From Octopus sinensis (lineage: Eukaryota): a stretch of 64,000 nucleotides of DNA. The DNA lies in the NCBI RefSeq assembly GCF_006345805.1, contig NC_042997.1:43958001-44022000 (forward strand). The letters are read 5' to 3'. Position numbers and translations under genes: made by a program. Under the pieces are notes generated by a model. The model saw only the letters and a list, made by a program, of their open reading frames with translations, made no database searches and was not told the origin of the DNA. Of this stretch, positions 37,632 through 48,824 are shown one piece after another; position 1 is the first letter of the stretch; each line of letters starts with the position of its first letter.

Positions 37632-37945
37632 TGGAGGCGCAATGGCCCAGTGGTTAGGACAGCGGACTCGCGGTCGGAGGACCGCGGTTTCGATTCTCAA
37701 ACCGGGCGTTGTGTGTGTTTATTGAGCAAAAACACCTAAAGCTCCACGAGGCTCCGGCAGAGGGTGGTGGCGACCCCTGTTGTACTCTTTCGCCCCAATT
37801 TTCTCTCACTCTTTCTTCCTGTTTCTTGAGTAACGCTGCGATGGACTGGTGTCCCGTTTAGCTGGGGGGAACACATACGCCATAGAAACCGGGAAACTGG
37901 GCTCATGAGCCTGGCTAGGCTTGAAAAGGGCGCATATAAAAAAAA
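37632..37945 (+). mobile_element. SINE family T, tail b
   Basis: Family T head, then GCGATGGACTGGTGTCCCGTTTAGCTGG...GAAAAGGGCGCAT. Confidence 0.8.
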
Positions 37946-39559
37946 ACAAAAACCAGCGGAAATGCGCAGTACGAGCGAGTTTCATGCAAGCAGCCGCTAG
38001 TCGGCGTTGAGCTCGCACAAGCTCTCTCAACAAGCGCAGCCTCCGCTCGCTCATTAAACGTGTTTATCTCGTGGTGGCAGCATCCCTGTTGTGTTTTTCC
38101 CCAGTATTTTTGTTTAGTTTTGTGCATTGTCTACTATTATTTTATAATAATTAGTTGTGTTAGCCATGGGTCCTAAGAAGGTTAGTGCAAAGGACAGTGC
38201 TGAGAAGAAGAAAAAACTAATTATGACAGAACTGAAGAAAGAAAGCATTGATAAACACGAGAGAGGGGTGCATGTAGTAGACATAGCACGTCAATACGAC
38301 CGAAGCACGTCAACGATCTGCACCATCCAGAAGAAAAAAAGACGAGATCGAGGCCGTTACAACAGCAAAGTGTCTTCAGGTTCTCTAAGCAAAGCACATC
38401 TGTCCACGAAAGGATGGACAAATTGCTTCTTCCGTGGATCAATGGGAAGCAACTCTCAGGGGATACGACGATTACGGAGACTATCGTCTGCTAGAAAGCA
38501 CGAGCGCTGTATGGGGATCTCCTAAAGCAGAACCCTGGAACATCGACGGAGGAGACATCAGCAGACACATTTAAAGCCAGTCGCGGCTGATTTGATAATT
38601 TCAAGAAGAGGACTGGTGTTCACAGCGTCGTCAGATGTGGAGAAGCAGCGAGTTCTGACACGGAGGCAGCTGAGGATTTCGTGCGTGAATTCCGCCAGCT
38701 CATCGCAGCCGAGGGTTACATCGCACAACAGGTATTCAACTGTGATGAAATTGGCCTTCTTTGAAAAAAAAAAAAAAAATTCCCAGAAGAACCTACATAA
38801 TTGCAGAGAAGAAAATGTCAGGTCACAAGCCTGTGAAAGATAGGCTAACTCGCTCTTTGTGCCAATGCGAGCGGGGGCTTGAAGATTAAGCCGCTCCTTG
38901 TTTACCATTCTGAAAACCCACGAGCGTTCAAGTCGCACAAAACCCTGAAGAAACTGCAGGTCGTGTGGAGGGCAAACGTTAAAGCCTGCGTCATCAGGCA
39001 ATTCTTCTCCGAGTGGGTCAGCCTTGTTTTCGGACCAGCATTAAAAAAAGCACCTTCTGGAGAACAATCTTTCTCTCAATGCCCTCCTCACCCTCCTAAC
39101 CTCGAAGATGATATCCTTGACAAATTTAAGTTTATAAAAGTTCTGTACTTTTCACGCAACACCACCCCTATCTTGCAAACCATGGCCCAACAGGTGGTTT
39201 TTAATTTTAAGAAATTGTACACCAAACACCTGTTTCGTCGGTGCTTTGATGTCACCGAAAATACAAATCTAACTCTTTGTGAGTTTTGGAAGGAGCACTA
39301 TAACATTGTAAACTGCTTGAAAATCAGAGTGTAACGACGAGAATGCTAAATTCTGGATGGCGTAACTGTGACCTGACTGCACATCCGAAAGAGACTTCAA
39401 GAGGTGTGAGTCTGAGACACCCGTAGTCGAGAAGATAGTCTCTCTTGGCAAGTCCATGGACCTGCAAGTTGACGATGGGTACATTAACGATCTCGTCGAG
39501 GGACACTCAGAGGTGCTGACGACAGATGAATTCCTGCAGCATCAGGAACAGAAGCATAT

Positions 39560-39927
39560 GGAGGCGCAATGGCCCAGTGGTTAGGGCAGCGGACTCGCGG
39601 TCGGAGGATCGCGGTTTCGATTCCCAGACCGGGCGTTGTGTGTGTTTATTGAGCGAAAACACCCAAAGCTCCATGAAGTTCCGGCAGGGGGTGGTGGCGG
39701 CCCCTGTTGAACTCTTTCACCCCAACTTTCTCTCACTCCTTCTTTCTGCTTCTTGTTCCCGACTTCCTACGCAACCGCTGAGCCTGGATGCGCATTCATC
39801 CATCCGTCGATGCTCTCGGTGTCGGGTGTTGACCTGCTTTCTCTTCTGCGGGTCTTACGAATAGCAAAGGACCACGTTTCGGACTTCTCCCACGAAGACC
39901 GCTTCGCTCAACAGCAACAGCAACAGC
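39560..39927 (+). mobile_element. SINE family T, tail c
   Basis: Family T head, different tail ending (CAACAG)n. TSD AGCATAT at 39553-39559 and 39928-39934. Confidence 0.85.
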
Positions 39928-40899
39928 AGCATATGGATTGAATCCCCGGAGGAAGACAATGTAGTGGAGAATACTATCTCTACGAGTGACATAAAGGCAG
40001 TGTCGGCAAAGTGGGAGTATGTTTCTAAATTTGTAGAAAAATATCATCCTGAAAAAGCAGCAACGGATCGTGCAGCTACTTCATTTCATAAAACTGCTCT
40101 GGCGCATTTTCTTAACATTTTAAAAGGCAAGAAAAAGCAGACTTCTCTTGGTATGCTTCTAATGAAACGACCTGCAAGTGTAAAAAAAGGAGAAAGTATA
40201 TCCAAAAAGCCTAAATTAAGCGGTGTGAGAGAAAACGCCAGAAAATTTTCTTCCTAAAGTTTCAATGGAAGGAGATTCTCCTTCCAAACAGTATTCCTCC
40301 TCCTCCTCCTCCTCCCGCTCTATCGTCTTCCTCGTGAACAAATTGTCCCATCTTTAAGGTAATTCAGTAAATAAAACCAGTTTACATATTTCTTTTGCAT
40401 TCTCTTTTTTTCTTTTGTCATTATACTTGTAACTCCACCTTTTCTGTTTTAAAACTCATAAAAACTATTTTGTTGGGGCTGGAACGGATTAATTATATTT
40501 TAATCAATTTCAATGGGGTAAATTGATTTGTAAAACGAGTAAATCGTAAAACGAGTCCGGTCATGGAACGAATTAAGCTCGTACTGCGAGGTATCATTGT
40601 ACTTACATTTGTAAACCAAAATATTTACTCAAAAAAAAAAAAGCTTCTCACACAGACTATTTTATTGGTTGCAGTTCTGACTGAACAGACCTATAATCAA
40701 AAGCGTTCCAACAGAGATAATTCTGTTATATCTACCCATCCGTCCATCTTCTTCGCCCACTATTCCTGGAAGTGTTGTGGAAATAGAGTCCTCAGGCACT
40801 TCCTCCCTCAGACACGGTCCCAGAAATTTTTCGAAGGGGTGTGGACACAAGATCAGAAAGGAATACAATTCCAGGAGAAAAGGGGGTAATAACATTATC

Positions 40900-41330
40900 T
40901 AGAAGGGCGCACTTCTTTTCTTGAGAGGGTTCTCCCCTGTCCCTTAGAAGCATCCATCATTACACTTTCCGACTAGATTCTCAAGCATGAATAACAGACT
41001 ATGGTTATCATCCAAGCATTTCATTCTCGATCTACCACATACATTTCTCGCTGGTTGGCTCGGCCTGAAGAACCCGTCTTGCAATTCTTCTCTGTGACAT
41101 ACTAATCACAATTTGGCAATAATATCTGTATTACAACTCTTAATACAGACAAGTGGCAGCTTGACCTGGAGAGACTCTCTGATATCCGAGCTACCGCTCT
41201 TCTGGAGGAACCTCATTTCAGCTGCTTGTATCCGGGACCGTACGCTTTCGGTCATTATGCGGTCGTTGAGACAGTTAATCTGACATCTCTCGCTTATGAT
41301 GTCTTGTAACAAAAACATCTCCTGGTCATT
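40900..41330 (-). pseudogene. RTE-clade LINE 3' ORF fragment
   Basis: MTESVRSRIQAAEMRFL...SSDIRESLQV motif. Confidence 0.75.
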
Positions 41331-41709
41331 TTATATATATATATATATATATATAAGGTGTTTTTGTCACGTTAGAAATATGTTTCTATCAGATTGAATA
41401 CAAGTTCCTAATTACACTTAAATGACTACTTGGAAGATAATTAACAGATGTTTTTATATTTCGGGATGGTCATTTTTATTGAATTTTTTTTTTGTTTTTT
41501 TGCCAGCAACATTAACAACAGGAACCGCAACAATATCAACAGCAATATGCTGACCGAGAAACAATTTCATGCTAACATACTTGACAAAAACATAATGGTT
41601 GTACATAGTTTTCACAGATAAGCTTGACAGACATTGTCTGAACCATAAAATAACGCTTTTCTCACCAGCAAACACTACAGAAATTCTACAGTAACGGGTG
41701 CGCGGGCGT

Positions 41710-41722
41710 GCACACACACACA

Positions 41723-41769
<47 letters not shown>

Positions 41770-41774
41770 GCACG

Positions 41775-41869
<95 letters not shown>

Positions 41870-41874
41870 GCACG

Positions 41875-41922
<48 letters not shown>
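41710..41922. repeat. (CA)n microsatellite
   Basis: Directly visible. Confidence 0.95.
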
Positions 41923-41925
<3 letters not shown>

Positions 41926-43322
41926 TCTCTCTTTCTCTCTCTGTCTTTCTCTCTCCCGCCAAAAGTGTGACACCGAATCTAAACACTCAATACTCAGTGA
42001 TGCAAAAGTCCTAATAATGAGATACTCTTAATATTTTTTTTTAAATTTGGCTCAAGCAATTTAGGGGGAAAAGGATTACTCAGTTTCATAGATCCCGGTA
42101 CTTGAAGAGGAGTTCGTTTTATCAAAACCTAAAAAAAAAAAGTAAAAAAAAAACAGTAAAGCATTTTTTTCGACATGCTCACAATTCTGTTGATTCACAG
42201 ACCCCAGGAAAATCCTACAAACAGGGGCTATTCAATAAGTCATTTTATGTTACAGTTTTTCTCCCAGGTATATCTTTTGACCCCATTTTCTCAACTGTTT
42301 TGAAGCTCTTTTTTTTTTTTTTGCTTTATGGAACTTTCCCCTAAGTTATTCTGCTTCGTTAACTTGTACTGGTTTCACATTCTGGTACAAGGCCAGCAAT
42401 TCTGAGGGAGAGGTAGTTTCGATATATCGATCCCTGTGTTTAACTGGTACTAATCTTCTTTTAACTAATCTTCTACTAATCTTTTAAAGGCAGAGAGCTG
42501 GTAGAAACGTTAGCACGTCGGGCGAAATACTTAGCGGTGTTTCGTCTGCCGTTACGTTGTGAGTTCTAATTCTGCCGAAGTTGAACTTTACCTTTCATCC
42601 TTTCGTGGTCGATAAATTAAGTACCAGTTACGCACTGGGGTCGATGTAATCGACTTAATACCTATGTCTGTCCTTGTTTGTCCCTTCTACGTTTAGCCCC
42701 TTGTGGGTAATAAAGAAATAGGTACTAATCTTCTTTTTGACTAATATTCCTTTCTACTATAGGCACAAGACCTAAAATTTTCGGGAGAAGGCCAGTCGAT
42801 TACATAGACCCCAGTGTTCAACTGGTACTTATCTTATCGACCCCGAAAGGAATGAAAGGCAAAATCGGCCACGTCGGAATTTGAACTCTGCACGTAAAGG
42901 CGGGCGAAATACTGCAAAGCACTTTACCCGGCGTGCTAATGATTCTGCCAGTTTGCCGCCATCTTTTTAAACTAATATTACTGTTAGCTTTGGATCATCT
43001 TCATATGCTACAGTTGTTGGCAATTATAGACCTTCTTGCCAAAGTCTAAAGATTCACAACTTTTCTTTGGAAACATACAGCAGTGGTTTTTCGTTACAAA
43101 CTGCCGGTTTATTTACAGTTTATTCTGCTAGTCACCTGTTCTCTCGAGTTTATCGAGTGATCTAGGACCTATTTAATTAATCCTAAAACCGCGGGAAGGT
43201 TTTTGTGACATTAGGGCATGTCCACACACCGCTGGGCCTGTATGAGATATCTTTAGGAGTCAGCCCGATTCTAAGTCCTTCATGCCTTAGTGACAGTGCC
43301 AGTTCTTACTACTTAACATATA

Positions 43323-44592
43323 TGAGGTAAATTCAAAAAGTATACGACTTAATTTTCCCCGCTAAAACTAATGCCACTATGGCAAAATCCTTTTGGGTGG
43401 GGGAGGTGACACTACTCTTTCTTATTTCTTTATTGCCCACAAGGAGCTAAACACAGAGGGGGAAAACAAGGACAGACAAACCCCGAAAGGATGAAAGGCA
43501 AAGTCGACCTCGGCGGAATTTGAACTCAGAACGTAACGCAGACGAAATACCTATTTCTTTACTACCCACAAGGGGCTAAACACAGAGGGGACAAACAAGA
43601 ACAGACAAACGGATTAAGTCGATTACATCGACTCCAGTGTGTAACTGGTACTTATTTAATCGACCCCGAAGGGATGAAAGGCAAAGTTGACCTCGGTGGA
43701 ATTTGAACTCAGAACGTAACGGCAGACGAAATATCGCTAAGCATTTCGCCCGGCGTGCTAACCTTTCTGCCAGCTCACCGCCTTCTTTTTCTGATACTAC
43801 TCTTTCTGCGCCTGCGTGAACATTTTCGCGCCGATAGGCTGCGTCAGTTCCCCGCTGTTATGCCTAGAGTATAGACGTGTCGTGCACGCTCGTCGGATTT
43901 TCGTTTTCATCGAACGTATCGAGCCAAGATACTGCCTCAAGTTTTGCCAAAATTTGAGAGCTACTCAAGCTCGAACCATCCAGAAGATTCAGCAGGCTTT
44001 CGCAATGATGTCATGGGCAAAACATAGCCGCGCTTTAGTATAGAGTGAGGCACGATCAGGCAGGCTATCCACAAGCTGAAACAAGTAGCCAATGGAGAAG
44101 GTTTGACGAATAGTCATGGAAGACCGTTGTGTAACAATCGAGAAAATTGCTGACGAGGTGAGAATAAGCACAGTATCAGAGCATTCCACTTTAACGGAGG
44201 ATTTGTGTAAGTGGAGAGTGTCAGCCAAAGTCCTCCCCAGGATGCTAGCGCAGCAGCAGAAGCAACTTCGCATGAAAAGCGCCCAGGGCATGCTGGACTG
44301 GGCAAACCACGACCCAGACTTCAAGAAGACCTTCATCGCTAGTGATAAGACTTGGGTTTATGGTCTCTGCTCGATGCATTCGGTCATCTAGCTTCAAAAT
44401 GAAAATTCGACGAGCGCGCACCATACGTTTGTACTATAAGTGTAACAGCCTGGAAATAACGTGGCCTACTGACGCAAAAATTTTCCCGCATGCAAAGGAA
44501 GGATGGCGACACTTCCCACCCAAAGGATTTTGCCAAAACAGCATTAGCTTTGGCAAGAAAAATTAAATCGGATACTTCCTGAATGCAGCTCG
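43323..44592 (+). mobile_element. mariner transposon with both TIRs, decayed
   Basis: TA|TGAGGTAAATTCAAAAAGTATACGA ... TCGGATACTTCCTGAATGCAGCTCG|TA. EDRCVTIEKIADEV...RVSAKVLPRML...FIASDKTWVYG. Confidence 0.85.
43420..43790 (-). mobile_element. SINE family M, dimeric form
   Basis: One head and two tandem body+tail units, inserted in the mariner. Confidence 0.85.
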
Positions 44593-45254
44593 TAACTGGG
44601 GTGACGACACCTGTAAAACAGGTATATGAAGAGCAAAAACCAATGGTGATATACTTTCGTTAACACAGCAAATTTACTTGAAAGGAAGCGCCTTAAAACA
44701 AGAGGTAATCTTCTGAAGAGTTTGGAAAATGGAGAAAATGAATTTCGAATCAGTAACGAATTCGTAAGTGCAAAAGCAACAACACGCATCTCTTTGGTTT
44801 CTCTCACATCTTCCACATAAGCATTGACTACTTTATAACAATAGTACACTAACTCAAGACCATAGCAGGCCTAGGAATAGTGGTGAGTCAGTGATAACTC
44901 CATTCTCTTCCAAACCTCTGAACTCCCAAGCAGGAGCTTCAACAACGGATGCACTTCAATTTCTTACTCAAGCTTTTAATATTGGTAATAAATAATGGTG
45001 TGCATTAATATTTGATACATTCTACAGTTCTACAACATTTTGAATATTCTCATACTTTGTCTGGAATATTTAATTATTCGTGTTTTAAAATATAATTCTT
45101 GGAGTTTACTTCTAATAAATACAATATTTTGCATATGATCAATATAGTTTGTGATAGCATTCTTATGATAATGTTGTTATGGCGTAGTATGGGTTTTGTC
45201 CGTCCTGCACGGTAGACAAATCGGTTGCTCCCGTCTTTCAACGTAACATACAAC

Positions 45255-46200
45255 AAAGTCATACATGACAATTTAAGGCGACGAACGGTTCGATGTGCGG
45301 AAGAGATTTTTTAAATACAGGGAACATCCAAATGTGCCTCTGCCAACAAAGCAGGCGATTAATGTTCTGATTAAAAAGTTTAGGAAGACGGGCTCTGCTG
45401 AAAACAAGAAGCACGTTCGCCGACGTACCCACCTTTCTGATGATTTGTTGAAGATATCCGTCAACGAATTCTTCGCAGTCCCAGGAAATCCGTGCGACGC
45501 TTGTCTCATGAAAATGGATTATCTGTTGGCACCTGCCATACTGCTCTTCGCAAATCATTGAAATTGTACCTATACTCCGTGTCTTCTTTACATGAACTTA
45601 TTCCTGGTGATTTTACCAAAAGATTGGATTACTGCAAATAGTTTCAAGAAAACATGGATGACGACCAGCTTGACATGACCTTCTTCAGTGACGAGGCTTG
45701 GATTCACCTATCGGGAGACCTAAATTCGCAAAACACTAGCATCTGGAGTGCTCTCAATCCTCACAAGTCTGTCGAATCACGCTTACTTGCAGTGAAGATT
45801 GGTGTATGGATGGCTATCAGCAAGCGAAGAATAGCAGGACAGATTTTCCCCCCAAGAAACCTTGAATTCGGAACGTTATTGTGAGATAATTGATCGGTTT
45901 GTTGAGCAGCTGAGAAAGAAAAAAAGTAACGCATGGCTTCAACAGGATTCAGCAACATGTCGTGTTAGTAACCACACTTTATTTCACTAGCGACAAACTT
46001 TTGAACACAGGTTGGTCACGATAGGCCTCTGGCCACCCAGATCGCCAGACTTAACGCCTGTCGATTTCTTTTTATTCGGCTATATCAAAGACGCTGTGTT
46101 TGCAAAGAATCCCCATACATTTGATGAACTGTGTACGGATATTACTGATATTGTCCAAAATATCCCACGTGAAGTTCTGATTAATGTGTTGCAGAACAAA
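45255..46200 (+). pseudogene. Tc1/mariner-superfamily transposase (DUF4817-HTH type), decayed
   Basis: KKFRKTGS, FFSDEAWIHLSG..NSQN..W...NPH, WLQQDSATC, WPPRSPDLTPVDFFLFGYIK. Confidence 0.85.
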
Positions 46201-46369
46201 CGTTCTTATTTTATCGATTCGGAAGGAATGAAAAGCAAAGTAAGTGACATTGGCAGGTTTGGAACGGCTGCAAATGAATATCGTCAGGAATTTAGTTCGG
46301 TGCTAAACGATTTCTACCACTTCAGTCTTGGTGATTATATTGAATTCAGTTTTATTGAAAACGGCATCA

Positions 46370-46402
46370 CACACACGCACACACACGCACACATACACAC
46401 AC

Positions 46403-46444
<42 letters not shown>

Positions 46445-46446
46445 AC

Positions 46447-46498
<52 letters not shown>

Positions 46499-46528
46499 CA
46501 CAAACACACACAAACACACACACACACG

Positions 46529-46601
<73 letters not shown>

Positions 46602-46709
46602 CACACGCACACACACACACACACGCACACACACACACAAACACACACACACACACACGCACACACACGCACACACACACACACACGCGCACACACACAC
46701 ACAAACACA

Positions 46710-46778
<69 letters not shown>
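46370..46778. repeat. (CA)n microsatellite
   Basis: About 410 bp. Confidence 0.95.
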
Positions 46779-46781
<3 letters not shown>

Positions 46782-46807
46782 GAATAGAAATTTTTCTGGC
46801 AGAGTCA

Positions 46808-47148
46808 TGTAGCGGGAATATTTAGCAATCAGATTACTATATCTGATGTTATAGTTCGCTAGACTATTTACCCATGTCATAAAAAGGAAACCTGACCAAA
46901 CGAGATTTCGTGTGGATCCAGCTCCAACAATTTCATCGTTTGGTACGTTTCCTTCTGAGCGTAACTATCGCTGTTTGTTCAGCGCACCTTGGCTACGACG
47001 AAGAGACTGCAGACAGACAGCAAAGAGACGACGAACAGCGGCTGAGACCCAAGCTGACAACACAAAAGCAATGGACAGGTAGAGAAAGGTGAGGCATTAG
47101 AAAACAGTAACACGATCAGAAGCTAACCATATTTTTACTGTTGCTACA
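46808..47148. mobile_element. solo-LTR-like element
   Basis: Perfect TGTAGC...GCTACA termini, 341 bp. No TSD seen. Confidence 0.45.
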
Positions 47149-47169
47149 ACCACACCAATCCAAGAACAA

Positions 47170-47405
47170 TTATCTGTTTCTTTATTACCCACAAGGGGCT
47201 AAACATAGAGGGGACAAACAAGGACAGACAAACGGATTAAGTCGATTACATCGACCCCAGTGCGTAACTGGTACTTAATTTATCGACCCCGGAAGGATGA
47301 AAGGCAAAGTCGACCTCGGCGGAATTTGAACTCAGAACGTAACGGTAGACGAAATACGGCTACGCATTTCGGCCGGCGTGCTAATGGTTCTGCCAGCTCG
47401 CCCTC
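47170..47405 (-). mobile_element. SINE family M, full monomer
   Basis: Head GGCGAGCTGGCAGAACC through tail GGGTAATAAAGAAA. Confidence 0.85.
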
Positions 47406-47439
47406 CAAACTCTATCGATGTTTAGTAACGACATTTTCT

Positions 47440-48494
47440 TTTACGACGACCATGCGATGCGAGGTGACGAGAATGGCTCTTTAGTACCCGATCACACGGC
47501 CGTTACAATAAAGAGGAACTGAATGGTAGAAATAAGTGCCAGAGGGAAAAAGGACACAACCGCGTGAAAATGATTAAGAGAAAATTTATTGATATGTTAT
47601 GTGTGTCCGTGTGTGCGTCATGTATGCAGAATAATAGACAGGCCGTGATGAGAACAAAATGTATGTGTTTGTGTAAACATAAATGTATACGTGTGTGTTT
47701 AGTACATTTAAGGATGGCAATGAAGAAGAAACAGTGAGTCTATGGCCATCGAAGTGAGAAGTTCATAGACACAAGAATAATACCAGTCCGTAGCCAATAG
47801 TACACGGTGGTTGAAATACTGTATGAAGAATTCGCGGCCATGATGCTGAGCCGGTTACAGGTACATGTCGTACGTGAAGTCGTGGATGCGATGCTGCAGC
47901 ATGGGTCACTTGGTACAGGAGTTGATGCTGTTGATCCGTGGTGAAGTAATTCACGAACACTAAAGTGTTGGAACCTTGGTGAATTTCTTGCTGAGCTGTG
48001 TACGTAGAGAGATGATGTCGACGACGTTAAGAAGGGCATGATGGTGGCGACGAAGAAGGAGGTTGCCGTGATGCTGTTGGACGGAGTTGGTAAGTCTCAA
48101 CACTTGGTAGAGGTGTTGTCTGGCGTTGTCGCTGGCACTGGCTGTGTTTTTGTGGTCAGTTGCTAGACCTGTAAACTTAAAACTTAAAAGGTCTGGAATC
48201 AAAGACTTCGAAACGAGGAAAAGCTGAGTTTTTAAAGTTTTTATATGGTGCAGTAGGTTCAAACGGGGTGGTAAACAGGCTGTCCCACGTAATTCTACTT
48301 AGGGCCTCCGACTGGTTATACGCGGTAAGTTGGTTCAACAGAGTAAGAGACAAATTGCGCTAATACTAACCAATCAGAGTACTGGACATAACAAGATCCA
48401 AATAGCGGCCAAAGGCTAGCTGTTCCCTGCTACGTTCGAATGCACGTATATATGATAAAAATAAGAGAGGAATTACAACCAAATCTACGCTACA
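47440..48494 (-). mobile_element. solo-LTR-like element, second copy of the 32473-34226 family
   Basis: Minus strand starts TGTAGCG. Shares GGCCGCT..TGTCCA.TACTCTGATTGGTT, GTAACCGGCTC, ACGGCCTGTCTATT and the terminal hairpin. Confidence 0.65.
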
Positions 48495-48824
48495 CTTTTG
48501 TTTACGAAAAGAATAAATATTTTGTTTATCAGAAATTTTCACAGATATCAGTGTTCTTCTTCGTAGTCATTGGATTGTGACCTTGCTGGAGCATCGTCTT
48601 GAAATGTCTCGTCGATTTAAAGCTAGATGCTTATTCTTTTAGTCTCTTCTACCGAACCACTATGTTACAGGGACGTAAACAATCTGACACCGATTGTCAG
48701 GCAGTGGTGGCTGGACAAACACAAACACACAGATACACACACATATTTATACGTACACACACTCACGCTGAGCTTCCACACAGTTTCCGTCTATAAAACT
48801 TACAAGGCATTGGTCGGTTTAAGG

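Larger units (their letters stand above)
37601..40599 (+). mobile_element. pogo/Tigger transposon, both TIRs, decayed transposase
   Basis: TA|CAGTAGAACTTCACAGTACGA ... CGTACTGCGAGGTATCATTG|TA. ATG at ~38166: MGPKKVSAK...CENP-B-like HTH, QVFNCDEIGL, KPLLVYHSENPRAFK. Frameshifts and two SINE insertions. Confidence 0.9.

Noticed and set aside
44600-44950. Plus-strand 95-nt exon candidate (44669-44763), and GPCR-TM7-like or piggyBac-like peptides on the minus strand
   Set aside because: Similarities are a few residues, the flanking frames are interrupted by stops and no partner exon was found.
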